The notes: generated by a model from the sequence alone, not told the origin. A DNA stretch of 64,000 bases from Macrostomum lignano (GCA_002269645.1 NIVC01001289.1:43286-107285); one strand, 5' to 3'. Positions 10,801 through 24,000 are shown, counted from the first letter of the stretch. Numbers and translations are program-made.

Positions 10801-13800
10801 ATCCAGCCCCAAATTAATGTGGCTGCACTTGGAATCGAGCCTGGGTCGCTGGCACACCAGAGCAGCTGCGCTACCGCTGGGCTACGGCCCCCCCTCTCCT
10901 TCCTACCTTGTCACATGTTTTCTCTTGCATCTATGTTTACCAGCACATTCAATAAAAGCCAACTCACATCCAAGCACGTGCTTAAGCGTTTGCAAAGTTT
11001 GAAATTTCAATTGCAAATAGTTTGTCGGTTTGCTGTCTTGCAACAGTCGTTTGGTGTAGTCGAGTATTAGTTCGATATCGCCGCCTTCGTTCACCAGGTA
11101 GTCTATGGGATTAATGATCCCGGATCTGGAGCACTTGGCCTCGACCAGGGCGTGACGAACGTGCTTGAGTTTGTCCTCCATGATTGGGATGCTTGTGATG
11201 TTCTCGTTGTAGAATTGAATTCCTGGGTGATGGAATGAATAAAGCAGTAAAGCAGGTAAATACTGTTTTGGTAATCAGGTGTCGATTCAAATAGTACTTC
11301 AGTTTTATTTAACGGCTCGTTCACTGCCATCAGTTGATCTATCGAATCAAATGGCTGTTACAAAATAAATTTTATTGGGCAAATCAGGCCAGATATCTAA
11401 AAACTGGCCTGATTTGATGGCTGTGTATATCTAATGAGCCTTGAGTGATTTCGGACTCTATGGTGTTCATGATTTACAGATTTTATTGCTGATGATTTAG
11501 GGATTGCAAGATTGATGATTTAGAGCTTGTAGGGTTGATGATTTAGAGTTGATGATCTAGGCATTGTAGGGTTGATGATTTACTTTGATTGTAGAGCTTA
11601 TGATTTAAGGATTGTAGGGTTGATGATTTACTTTGATTGTAGAGCTTATGATTTAAGGATTGTAGAGTTGACGATTCACGGATTTTGGGGGTTGATGATT
11701 TAGGGATTGTAGAGTTGACGATTCACGGATTGTGGGTTTGATGATTTAGGGATTGTAGAGTTGACGATTCAGGGATTGTGGGGTTGATGATTTAAGGATT
11801 TTAGGGTTGATGAATTAAAAAATCATGGTTAATGCTGTGGAATTACTCACTGTCGGATCCCGAGCTTAAGAGCGCCTGCTGAACCTCTTCTAGTTGATCT
11901 GGCGTGCATTTTTTAAACACCTTGACTACTGGAGACTTGTAGTTGCGCATCTTCAACAGATTCTCAACGTGAATTGCTGTCCACACAGAGCTAGGATTCA
12001 CGATCAGTACTTCTTCGTCATCGAATACATTTTTCACGAGACTGTGAACTGCTAAGCTTGTTGTCTTGTCCTTTTAGGGAGATTTGTTAGGTGGTAATTT
12101 TTTCTTGTTATGTTATATTTACGTAATATATACTTTTTCTCTACCAACTTTGCTCCTATCTTTCACTACCACCTCTTCCATCCTCCCACTGCTACCCCAA
12201 CCCCCATTCCCCTACTCCTACTCCAACCCCATTCCTCCACTGCTGCCCCAACCCCCATTCCCCTACTCCTACCCCAAGCATCATTCAGCCATTGCTAACT
12301 CAACCCCCATCCCTCACTGCTACCCCAACCCCCATTCCCCCACTGCTACCTTAACCCCTATTCCTCCACTGCTACCCCAACCCTCATTCCTCCATTGCTA
12401 ACCCAACCCCCATTCCCCTACTCCTACCCCAACCCTCATTCCTCCATTGCTAACCCAACCCCCATTCCCCTACTCCTACCCCAACCCTCATTCCTCCATT
12501 GCTAACCCAACCCCCATTCCCCTACTCCTACCCCAACCCTCATTCAGCCATTGCTACCTTAACCACTATTCCTCCACTGCTACCCTTTCCATCAAGTCTG
12601 CTAACCAAAAAACAGTTTTTATTTAGCTATTTAAAGCACCTGAACAATGAGCACATTATCTGCCACCAGTTGCATCCTCTCGACCATTTCTCTCAAACCG
12701 GAAGCAAAGATAATCAGATCTGGGCACTGTCGGCACAGTCCAAATTCTTTCATCTCCAAATTCTTATTTTTGCGCACAAACTGCAGTCCTTGGCGCTGCA
12801 ACTTATCCAGCACTTCGAATTGCTGCATCTTGAGCTGGTTGACCCAAGCGTACACGGGTATCTTCGAGGCCATCTGTTCGGTTCTGTTGCACTCGGTTGA
12901 TAACATTTGACTGATGCTGCTCACTCCTAGCTTGATTCGAATCTTAGCCAATGCCGCTTGCAATTTAATCATAATCTCCTGCAGGCTGCGTTCGATCTCT
13001 TGGCAGCGCTGGTCCAGCTCTTCTCCTGGTAGGGGCTTGCGCTTTTGAAATTTGCGAGATATGAAATCGCAAGCGATGATGTGCACAAGTTCCTTGTCGG
13101 CTGCCAGCTGCGGGCAGGCAAGGGCGTCTAGGTTATGATTGACAGTTTTATGACAGCTGTGAATCTAGTAATTGCTCCAACATTATCACACTGAGAATCA
13201 CTCCGACATTGTCACACATAAGAATCACTCCAAGATTGTCACACTAAGAATCAGACCATGATCGTCAACTTGAGAATCACTCCAAGATTGTCACACTGAG
13301 AATCACTCCAACATTCTCATACATAAGTATCACTCCAAGATTGTCAGACTGAGAATCACTCCAAGATTGTCACACTAAGAATCAGACCATGATCGTCAAC
13401 TTGAAAATCACTCCAAGATTGTCACACTGAGAATCACTCCGACATTCTCACACATAAGAATCACTCCAAGATTGTCACACTAAGAATCAGACCATGATCG
13501 TCAACTTGAGAATCACTCCAAGATTGTCACACTGAGAATCACTCCAACATTCTCATACATAAGTATCACTCCAAGATTGTCACACTGAGAATCACTCCAA
13601 CATTCTCATACATAAGTATCACTCCAAGATTGTCAGACTGAGAATCACTCCAAGATTGTCACACTAAGAATCAGACCATGATCGTCAACTTGAGAATCAC
13701 TCCAAGATTGTCACACTGAGAATCACTCCAACATTCTCATACATAAGAATCACTCCAAGATTGTCACACTGAGAATCACTCCAACATTCTCATACATAAG

Positions 13801-15857
13801 TATCACTCCAAGATTGTCAGACTGAGAATCACTCCAAGATTGTCACACTAAGAACCAGACCATGATCGTCAACTTGAAAATCACTCCAAGATTGTCACAC
13901 TGAGAATCACTCCAAGATTGTCACACTGAGAATCACTCCGACATTCTCAATACATAAGAATCACTCCAAGATTGTCAGACTGAGAATCACTCCAAGATTG
14001 TCACACTAAGAATCAGACCATGATCGTCAACTTGAGAATCACTCCAAGATTGTCACACTAAGAATCAGACCATGATCGTCAACTTGAGAATCACTCCAAG
14101 ATTGTCAGATTGAGAATCACTCCAAGATTGTCACACTAAGAATCAGACCATGATCGTCAACTTGAGAATCACTCCAAGATTGTCACACTAAGAATCAGAC
14201 CATGATCGTCAACTTGAGAATCACTCCAAGATTGTAACCAAAGAATCACTCCAAGATTGTCACACACGAGAATCACTCCAAGATTGTCACACTGAAAACC
14301 AATTCTAGACAATTAAACTTTTAGTTATCCCATTTTGTTAATTTATACATTCCGTGTAACTTCCATGTCGTTTTTTAATAGCAAATCGCATATCAGTTTT
14401 ACTGTTAGTAGCAAGTAACCAAAATTATAAGTATATTCTAGGTTGAACATATAAATTTGTTTTTGCACTAGTGAATTAATTGATTTTTATACGCTGCATT
14501 TAATATTCCCTTAAAAATAAGTTTACTTATTAAAATCTTCAGCTTTTAAAAAACGGACGAAAATACTGGACGCCTTCAAATCCGTCCCCGAAGTGTCTGC
14601 ATTCGTTAGGTATTAATTAGGTAAGCAAAATCAGACTATTTTATACAGACATACCTCTGGAAAGTTGACAAAGAATGTGACCGAATCCAACAGTTTGTCT
14701 AGCACTGAACTCACTGTAATTGGAATGGATTTTTTAACATCCGGCGTTACATTTGTTTCGATACATATCGGCTTCTATAAGTTTTTCTTTCTGATTCTAT
14801 ATATATATTTGTTGCATGGATTGTAATAAAATTTACGTTTTTTCATCTGAACTCTACATATATTTTCAATATATCCTCTTTATCAGCGTTTCCGTGGATT
14901 CTGTCGAAATTCTAATAAAAGCTACACTATGTATATGGGCCCTAATTTTTAATGTTTCGATACATTTTACGATAATTTCGATACATATCGGCCCCAAAAC
15001 TTACAGTAATTTGAATGTTTTTTGGCTATTTAATTTTAAGTACTTTCGAAACATATCGGCTCCCTAAATTAGAGTAATCTCGATGCATATCGGCCCCTAA
15101 ACTTTCAGTAATTTTTATGTATAGTGGCTGTTGAATATTAATACTTTCGAAACATATCGGCTCCCTAAATTAGAGTAATTTCGATACATATCGGCCCTTA
15201 AAATTTCGGTAATTTTTATGTATATTGGCTATTGAATTTTAAGTACTTTCGAAACATATCGGCTCCTAATTTTGACTAACTTTGAAACATTTCGGCTCCC
15301 TAAATGTATTTCGATACATATTTGTCTCTGAAGTTTGACCATCTTCAATACATATCGGCTTTAACAGAATTTTTTTCTCTACGTCTCAGCAGGATGTATT
15401 TCGATACATATCGGCTCTTTAATAGTTATCAACGTTTCTCACATTTTATAGTCTCCAGGGCCAGAGTATAAGTGAGCTTTTTCTCTCGTTTATCCTCAAA
15501 CTGAATTTGGTCCATTGCGCCGGCCATTATTTTGTCTCGCTGGCTGTGCGCATGTCGGCTGTAGGGATCTGGCACGTTGCCAGGATAGGGGCTGGTCCCG
15601 CTCGCCCCTCGGACCATCGTGTTCTGCGGCGCCGCCAGCGGATTAGTAGAAACCGGTCTCGAACCGGCGCCGCCACCTCCAGCGCCGCCACCGCCAGCCA
15701 TGGCTCTCATTAGTCTGGAGGCGTGCAAGAACACCTGGTGCGAATAGAGCACTGGCTCGTCTCGAACATAGTCGGATAGCCGACTGGGCTTGAAGTAGTG
15801 CCGAGGATAAGTGCCCGGCTCGAATATTGTTGGACGATGTCCAAGCTCAACGTCCAT
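7818..15857 (-). CDS. NSUN7: NSUN7-like RsmB/NOL1/NOP2/Sun family protein, 9 coding exons
   Basis: Exons with GT-AG boundaries and consistent phases: 15857-15443, 14713-14655, 13107-12640, 12070-11851, 11222-10968, 10224-9968, 9847-9730, 9257-8986, 7922-7818. Peptides KLQAALAKIRIK, PVYAWVN, QDKTTSLAVHSL, DDEEVLIVN, KCSRSGIINPIDYLVNE, SIYDEENE and PSGNSNGCFVALIIRQ match recalled NSUN7 motifs. The last three exons are low-complexity and less certain. Confidence 0.85.
8455..8760. repeat. 32-bp minisatellite (CTTCTCATTTTGTCCATTCTCCCCTCACCCCG) in the last NSUN7 intron
   Basis: Tandem copies visible; source of ORFs 8416-8941. Confidence 0.9.
10593..10891 (-). mobile_element. tRNA-derived SINE, family 1, copy A
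   Basis: Minus-strand head GGGCCGTAGCCCAGCGGTAG...GGCTCGATTCC resembles Pol III A and B boxes; body is highly similar to 55544-55829. Confidence 0.75.
11490..11815. repeat. Degenerate ~22-bp minisatellite (GATTGTAGGGTTGATGATTTAG)
   Basis: Tandem copies in an NSUN7 intron. Confidence 0.8.
12170..12590. repeat. C-rich ~26-bp minisatellite (CCCCAACCCCCATTCCCCTACTCCTA)
   Basis: Tandem copies in an NSUN7 intron. Confidence 0.85.
13190..14300. repeat. Higher-order satellite of 26-27-bp monomer variants
   Basis: Variants GAGAATCACTCCAAGATTGTCACACT, AAGAATCAGACCATGATCGTCAACTT and GAGAATCACTCCAACATTCTCATACAT alternate in recurring blocks. Confidence 0.9.
14740..15420. repeat. Degenerate repeat with recurring TTCGATACATATCGGC motif (~60/120-bp period)
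   Basis: Motif recurs many times in NSUN7 intron 1. Confidence 0.75.
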
Positions 15858-16169
15858 TTTGTCTGCGTGTAGACTAGAAGCTGCTTTCTCGTATTGGGAG
15901 TTGCGCTGTTTATTTTATGCAGAGCGGAATGGAGACTTAAAAAGAAATCTTCTTGTGCCTGATCAGTTCTACTCCTTAATTAATCATTAATGATGTAAGA
16001 GATTGTGCAAGGAGACTTAGAAGGCAGGAGCTGGAGTAACAACTCTTCAACAAAGCCCAATGATATATATATTTAAAACCAAGAAGCATCAAGCCCTGAA
16101 AGTCAGTTATCTAGTCTAAGATATCAGCATCTGTGATAATAATAATGATAGATTACACTTGCCCTAATG

Positions 16170-16410
16170 GACTATTGCGCGGCGCACCTGAAGGCTACGT
16201 ACGGTCGGCTATTCAGTCCAAGGACTGGGGGGGGGTTGCCACACACACCCTCAATTACCCCAGCTAATGCTGGCACCCATTTTACAGCTAGGTGAACTGA
16301 AGCAATGCAGAGTTAAGTGTCTTTCTCAAGGGTACTAATTATTCCAGTGGGATCGGGAATCGAACCCCCAACCTTCAAGTCGTGAGTCCGACGCTCTAAC
16401 CACAGCCCCC
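16170..16410 (-). mobile_element. tRNA-derived CORE-like SINE, family 2, minus copy
   Basis: Minus strand: GGCTGTGGTTAGAGCGTCGGACTCACG...GGTTCGATTCCC followed by CTTGAGAAAGACACTTAACTCTGCATTGCTTCAGTTCACCTAGCTGTAAAATGGG, resembling the MIR/CORE domain. Confidence 0.75.
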
Positions 16411-16584
16411 TTGTAGCCCTGTGAATCTTGGCATCAGAGTTTCCCTTTATGCCATGGCTCAGCTCCAACTCTTCCTTTGATGCTTGGCCTACCAACCACT
16501 TCAAATTGACCCTAAGCATCCCAGCAATTCCCCCCCCCCCCAAAACACATAATTAAGCGCGCACGCCTGAAGATTAGAAAGTCA

Positions 16585-16685
16585 GGGCCGCTTGTACACC
16601 CTGTGTGAGCGTGTGCATGAGTGAGTGCCTGAGTACGGTATTGGCGCGCTTGCATGTGCTCAGGTGTCAGAGCGGAATGGGCAGA
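16585..16685 (+). mobile_element. Truncated 3' fragment of SINE family 1
   Basis: AGGGCCGCTTGTACACCCTGTGTGAGCGTGTGC...GCGGAATGGGCAG is a diverged reverse complement of the tail at ~10615-10705. Confidence 0.6.
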
Positions 16686-16832
16686 ATTTCTACTTCAAAA
16701 GAAAGAAGGGGAAATCTGCTGCTTACAAAACTTCCGTCAGTCCTCGCTTATAGTTTATAGGTTGAACTTAAAAATAGAACCATATTTATAAAAATCCATC
16801 AGACCTAACGTTCTGGCCTATAGTTATCTGAA

Positions 16833-17100
16833 GGGGGTTGCAGCCTAGCGGTTACAGCGACGCCGACGGTCTCACGACTGGAAGACCAGGGGTTCGATTC
16901 CCGACCCACTCGGAATAATTTGTGTCATTGAGCAAAGACACTTAACTCTGCACTGCTTCAGTTTACCCAGCTGTAAAATGGGTGCCAGCATTAGCTGGGG
17001 TGATTGAGGGTGTGTGGCGACCCCCCCTCCAGTTCTTCGACTGAACAGCCGTACGCAGCCTTCAGATGCGCTGCGCAATAGCAGCGGCTGAGCTGTCGGT
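16833..17100 (+). mobile_element. tRNA-derived CORE-like SINE, family 2, plus copy
   Basis: A/B-box head (GCAGCCTAGCGG...GGTTCGATTCCC), core TTGAGCAAAGACACTTAACTCTGCACTGCTTCAGTTTACCCAGCTGTAAAATGGG, tail shared with the other copies. Confidence 0.75.
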
Positions 17101-18013
17101 TGCACATCTCACCTATTAGGGTAGGTGTAATTAATTATCATCATTCCTAAAAATCCAGATTCTGGCTCCGGATCTCCTTGGGTCATCCTATACGGTCTAA
17201 GCTTCTATCCTACTCATCTAAAATTCATAGTCGTTGTCAATAGCAACCGGCCTAGAACTATACAATTCCACGCTAGCTTGGAAGACTGTTAGAGTAAACT
17301 TCAAGCTGAAACACTCGCATGGATGCATTGTAAAGTGCCAATTTAAGAAAAACAATACCGACGCTACTTAAAGATAATAGATTGTTAAGCAAAGGGTTCT
17401 TATTATTACGTGAGTTTTTAATTTCGTTTATTTGAAATTGCTGTCAAGTTTTGAGTGCTATTTCAGCTTTAATATAAGGCAGTGAAGGCTACGCTTATTG
17501 TTTGCGTTGCATATTATATAGATAGGTAAATATCAGTGCAGAAGGGATAGAATCATACATAATTGACAATGAAAACTCTACATGCAAACTGGGCCGTCCA
17601 AAGGTTCGAATTTATTAATTTACAATTAACAGACACTAAAAAATCGCTTTAAATGGTCGAGTTTTTTTCCACAAGGTAGTTTTCTTACAAGGGGTTTTGA
17701 GGCAAAAAGCGTTGGATAAAACATTCTGCTTAGTGCAGATAAATATGAAGTACAGGTATTTTGTGCCTAGCCAAATAGCAGTATGCTAAATAATTGCAGA
17801 AAATCACAAAAAATCGTCAACAATCGGTTACAAACGTTCCTACTTGATAACCTTTAGTCAGTCAGTAGTCTGTACGAAATTGAAGGGAGAGCAAAACAAA
17901 AGTCTTCATTCACTATTAATAGCTGTGAACAATATTGCAGAATGGCACGAGTCACTGTGCTGGATTAAAAAGAGAAGATAGTGAAAAAGCAGAGATTATA
18001 CAGTGAAGCTGGT

Positions 18014-21000
18014 TCAGTGATGTCTTGGTTGGGCGAATAGGACACCATGATAGGCTAAGCCATTCAGCTCCATTGAGACTGTCACTGGGGCGTCCTGCGG
18101 CGGGCGGCCTGCAATTAAGATATTATTAATAAAGCGTTTTTTATGATGACTTTGTACGACAAATGTGAGGCGAAAATTTGATGGGTGCTGACAGGGACTA
18201 CTCAAACATGTTTGAGTAGTCCCTGGGTGCTGAAGGATGAAGGGTGAATTTGAAGAGTGCCAGTGCGGCTCAAATTTTTGTGTCAGTGAGGCTCTAATTT
18301 GTGTCAGTGCGGCTCTAATTTGTGTCAGTGCGGCTCTAATTTGTGTTAGTGCAGCTTTGATCTGTGTGTCAGTGCGGCTCTGATCTGTGTGTCAGTGCGG
18401 CTCTGATCTGTGTGTCAGTGCGGCTCTGATCTGTGTGTCAGTGCGGCTCTGATCTGTGTGTCAGTGCAGCTCTGATCTGTGTGTCAGTGCGGCTCTGATC
18501 TGTGTGTCAGTGCGGCTCTGATCTGTGTGTGTCAGTGCGGCTCTAATTTGTGTCAGTGCGGCTCTGATCTGTGTGTCAGTGCGGCTCTGATCTGTGTGTC
18601 AGTGCGGCTCTGATCTGTGTGTCAGTGCGGCTCTGATCTGTGTGTGTCAGTGCGGCTCTAATGTGTGTGTCAGTGCGGCTCCAAACAGAAGGGGAACTTC
18701 AAGTAAAGACATGAGAAAGTCGTCCTCCGAAAACTGAAGCAAAAATATAAGCATATTTTTACCTGCTCCAACTCCGTGATGGCCAGCGATTTTAATTCCA
18801 GTCGCTGCACTTTGAGCCGATTGGCCCATCAAAGGTGGGGGCAGCTGAGGCTGCTGCTGCTGATGCAGCGTAGAAAATGCTGGCGGTGGCGGCAGTGTGA
18901 ATCCTGGACTGCCGTTGCTTAGTAACCGTCCGGCTTGACTCTGCGATCGGCCGCTGTTGCTGCTACTGCCATTGTTATTAGTTCCCGTGTCATTTCCAGC
19001 AGTTCCGTGTTGTTGCTGTTTTTGATTCTGTCCAGAGCTTAATCCATTGGCTAATCGCTTATTGGCAGCAACTGGCTCTGTTGACTCTTGCTGCTCCTGC
19101 TGCTGACTGTGATGTCGGCGCTTTAAAGATTGTGACAATGCTGTCTCGACCGCGTCTTTTGAGCTGCTGCACGCAGCTGGCCCGACTGATGGCGGAGTCA
19201 TTGGCTGCTGGTGCGGAGGCTGCGACGGCTGGCGTAGTGGCGGCAGCGGCGGCGGTAACGGCGGCGGCAGCGGCGGCATAGACTGTGACTGGTGCATCGG
19301 GTGATGATGCAACAACGGGTGATGATGTGGAAAATGGTGCCCAGCCTGGTGCATCAACGGTGGAGTCGGCAGATTCGGGAAGTCGCAGTCTGTATGAGCA
19401 GGGTGTTTTTAGTGTGTACCAGCTTGAGTCTGCATCAACATGATAATGCGATCTCTGGATTTGATTCGAATTAATCTGGGCCTCGTGCACGAAAACTTAC
19501 CTAAGGCTTTTCACGCAATTTACGCCTATGCGATGAAAAAAATCAGAGCCACTGTAGACCATGTGAGAGTTCATGTCTGCGTACGTATCCGTGTGCCTGT
19601 TCATTTGGGTACTGCCGCTAATCAAGGCGTTAGTGAAACCGCAGCCGGTGAGGACCCTTAAGCACTCAAACACACATGGATACGTAGTACACATGTACGA
19701 GATGCACTCCTACTGGGGATACTGACTCTGACTTTCTCTTCCACATGCATGCCCGACGTTGCGACGCTCCTAAGCTACCGCAGACACTCCTAAGCTACCA
19801 CGGACACTCCCAAGCTACCACAGACACTACTAAGCTACCACAGACACTCCTAAGCTACCACAGACACTCCTAAGCTACCACAGACACTACTAAGCTACCA
19901 CAGACACTCCTAAGCTACCGCAGACACTCCTAAGCTACCACAGACACTCCTAAGCTACCACAGACACTCCTAGGCTACCACAGACACTCCTAGGCTACCA
20001 CAGACACTCCTAAGCTACCGCAGACACTCCTAAGCTACCACAGACACTCCTAAGCTACCGCAGACACTCCTAAGCTACCGCAGACACTCCTAAGCTACCG
20101 CAGACACTCCTAAGCTACCGCAGACACTCCTAAGCTACCGCAGACACTTTTAAGCTACCACAGACGCTTGGCAGGCGGCATTAATAAGTCGTTATAAATG
20201 TCTCCATTGAAACTCAAGCGATTCTCTAGCGACTCGCGCGACTTTTTAACAACCCCAACAACTATAAAACGACTGAAAAATGACTGCAGTGTAAAGTAAC
20301 GATTGTGCCACTGATTTGTAGATTCATAAAGATTAGTAGTAGTGCTCTCGTAGGCGCTAATTAAAAATCACAAGGCATCTCGCACCCAGGTACTTTGCGC
20401 ATTAGTTCTGGTTTTGAAACTTCAAGAACTCTCCCCAGGCCAATCTAACTCACCGCTGATAGATTTCCCCAGTCCCAGCAGTGGACCCTGATGGTATCCG
20501 AGCAGCGGGGGCAGCCGACCCATGGCTGCCGCGGCCGCAGCTGCTGCAGCAGCGGCAGCGGCACTGGAGGGGCAGTCAAATCCGGGATAGCCAGGTCGGC
20601 GACCTTCGCGACGATTTCCATCGATGGCGGCTTGCAGTTCGCCCGGCGAGCTCAGCTTGAGCTTGTCGCACTCGTACGGGTAGAGGTACTTCATGTACCT
20701 TTGATTGTTGGTTGGTTTTAGTTTTTTTGTTGTTGCGGAATGGAGTACTCGAATGTTCTAAAACCTTGTTTTCAAACCTACTTTATTAAAGGTAAACCTC
20801 TTTTTAATGACACTTTACTTTAAATCTTCAATGGATAGTTAAACCTATGCTGAAGCTCGAAATTTCACATGGTCGAAAGGCGTTGAAATCTTTCACAACC
20901 TTATAATTCACAAGCTCCAGTGAAAGTAACATGCAAGACTTTTCGACTTGATGTAAACTTTCAAGCTTGTGAAAGCGGCCCATCTAAAAACTTTAAATTG

Positions 21001-24000
21001 TCAACACTGACAGGTTGCGGAGGACAGGTTTATAAACTTGCAACAGAGATATGAACATCCTGTACTGTCAGGTAGAAATCGTCTGTTCTGATAGGTTACA
21101 CTGACCTATCTGGCAGTTAAAATCTAGTTTCTGAATCGTAATCTAACATTTTTACTCTTGAAATCGTTTCATAATTACAAGGCACTACTTACAACCATAT
21201 ACAGAATAGTAGTATTCATAGTAGTAAAGTAATATTGACAAATGGCGCAACCAATCAATCAGAACTCACTGTGTTCGCAGCGTAAAAGCAGCGCTAGTAA
21301 TTGAAGACGGCAAGTTAAGCCCCTTAGTGATCTCCCGCCACAGTTTCTTGTTGATAACCTCGACCAAGCCGCCCTTAGTTACCACTAGGCGGAACAGTTC
21401 GTACAGATCTAACACCTGTTTAGCCATTATCGGTATGCGATTTACCGGCGTGCCTGGATAATTAATTGGATAGTTTTTTATGGCCTTTGGTTACAAGCTG
21501 GGTGGGGGGTGATAATTCGCGCTTTGCCAAGGAGAACCGCGCAAACAAAAATTTGGTCATTCAATAAGCCACTGAATTCCTAGCAATCGCGCTAGTGGAC
21601 CTGAGTCTTGGCTAGAACGGTAATTAGGTTACACCTTTTGATGCGATACACTTAACCAGGAATTAATTTTTCCCGTATAGGTTATGTCTGATCTACCATC
21701 AAATGTGCAATTTCAAGTTCAAGCTATGATTGTTTGCATAAAAGCGCGTCAAGTGGACGAATTTTTACTCCAGATTTCTGCTTTAAAAGCGATCTCCTGG
21801 GTTTGGCTCGCGTTAAATCATATCACGGATCGAGGCTTTAGTTTTTACAAAAAGGGAGATGCGGCGTCCTGCCCATGCAGACTGCATAAGCAGATTTTTT
21901 ATACTAATGAAGATTGATAAGCGCCATCCGCGTTGCATTCGAGTCAGTCGGTGTGTCTCCGCTTAGTTTCCGAAACGAAAACGAAGTTAAACTTGGTGAA
22001 TGATACAAAGACAAGCAAAGCCCAAAAATGAACATTGTTTGTTTAATTAAAGTCGCGGTGAAGGATTGGCGTAAGAATTATGCGTGTTCTGAAGAAAACT
22101 TCCGAGCCGCGTTAAGATGGAATGAAGTGACCCAAGGTAATTACGAGCGTGAAGGATATCCATTCGCATTTCCCAAGTCTGTGTGACAAAACAACCGTCT
22201 TTCTTTGTTGAAACCCCAACAGTTGTTCGACTAATATCAGGAATTATTTTTGGCGCATACTCCTTCGCTTTCTTAGTGTTTGTCAAAAAGACTACAGAAA
22301 CAACTGGACTTATAAGTTCGTTAATGCGTTTTGCCAATTCTAATTTCGCGTTTTAACAACTCTGGGAGGGGTGTGGGGGCTCTATGCTTTGTTTGATGCC
22401 ATTTATTTTCTACAAGCGTGCCTGTTTCACAACTCGCTGCTTTGGTACCTTTTAGGTTCCGACTTCTAAAGCCAATTAACTGGGTCCTTGTTGCTTTATA
22501 ATCGATCTCTTCAAGATCTAAAGGTGAAACATTCCTGATTTTTAAAACCAACGAAACTCAAATTTACAGTAATTGTAAACGTTTTTCAACTTTCTTGGCT
22601 CGGTTTGATAATATTCAGGTGTAAAATTTAGTTTCCAATCCAATTGTCGAGTGGTCCTGGAACCCTTGGCTAGGCCATTGGCGGTCAAAATACACTTTAC
22701 TATCATGCTTTGCTGCGCTAAAGGAAATTCATCTTGTGCTGTGCTGTGTTTCCCATCTCTTACCATTTAGTGTGGCCCTACCTGGCAGGCTATCTACGCT
22801 ACTGCGGGACCGAACCTAATTAACGCCATTGGGAATTTGGCACAGGGAGGTGAAAAATAAAGAAGCGGGATTGGCATCTGCACTCGTTTTTCTTCATCAT
22901 CTGGCTTGAAAAATATAAATGATCATTGTGGCTCGTAGAAATAGAACTTTGTCTTGGTAAAGAGCAGCGCATTGGTAAAAAGTTGGATAGATCAAAGGAA
23001 AGATAGATAGATCAGAAATATTAGATAGATCAGATGAAAAGGTAGATAGATCAGAGAAATGGTAGATAGATCAGAGGAAAAGATAGATAGATGAGAGGAA
23101 ATTACATAAATTACAAGAATGGTACATAGATTAGAGGAATGGTAGATACTCGTAAATCCTAAGAATAGTAGATAGACCAGATGAAAAGTTAGATAGATCA
23201 GAGGAAAGAGTAGATAGATCAGAGGAAAAGGTAGATAGATCAGAAGAAAATGTAGATAGATCAGAGGAAATAGTAGATAGATCCGATGAAAGGGTAGATA
23301 GATCAGAGGAAAAGGTAGATAGATCAGATGAAAAGGTAGATAGATCAGAAGAAAAGGTAGATAGATCAGAGGAAAAGGTAGATAGATCAGAAGAAAAGGT
23401 AGATAGATCAGAGGAAAAGGTAGATAGATCAGAGGAAAAGGTAGATAGATCAGAGGAAAAGGTAGATAGATCAGAAGAAAAGGTAGATAGATCAGAGGAA
23501 AGGGTAGATAGATCAGAAGAAAAGGTAGATAGATCAGAGGAAAAGGTAGATAGATCAGAGGAAAAGGTAGATAGATCAGAGGAAAGGGTAGATAGATCAG
23601 AGGAAAGAGTACATAGATCAGAGGAAAGGTGTAGATAGATCAGAGGAAAAGGTAGATAGATCAGAGAAATGGTCGATAGATTAGACATAAGACATTAAGA
23701 CTTAAGATGACAACATCAAAATATTTGCTAAATTAAGCCATTGTTAAACTGATCGCATCAGAAAGACTCACCTCTGCGCTGCATGAAAGCAAACAGATCG
23801 TCCAGAAATTGTTTCCTTTTCGGTTCGTCTGACAATTCGTAGAGCTGAAATTTGCCAGGCACAAAAAGATAAGATTGGCATGGTAGATAGACAGATGGAG
23901 ATTAAAGTTTTTAAACTTTCGAAATTCTTGCCTGTCATCTTAAACTATCAATATTATTTATGACAGACGCCGGGTAAACTAATGACAAAATTCTGTTTCA

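Noticed and set aside
13108-13164. Alternative upstream acceptor for NSUN7 exon 3 (adds IHSCHK...)
   Set aside because: The acceptor at 13108 has a better pyrimidine tract and gives FPE-LAADKELV, closer to family spacing; the alternative is not excluded.
16340-16900. Possible tRNA genes from A/B-box sequences
   Set aside because: No complete cloverleaf; the heads run into shared SINE bodies.
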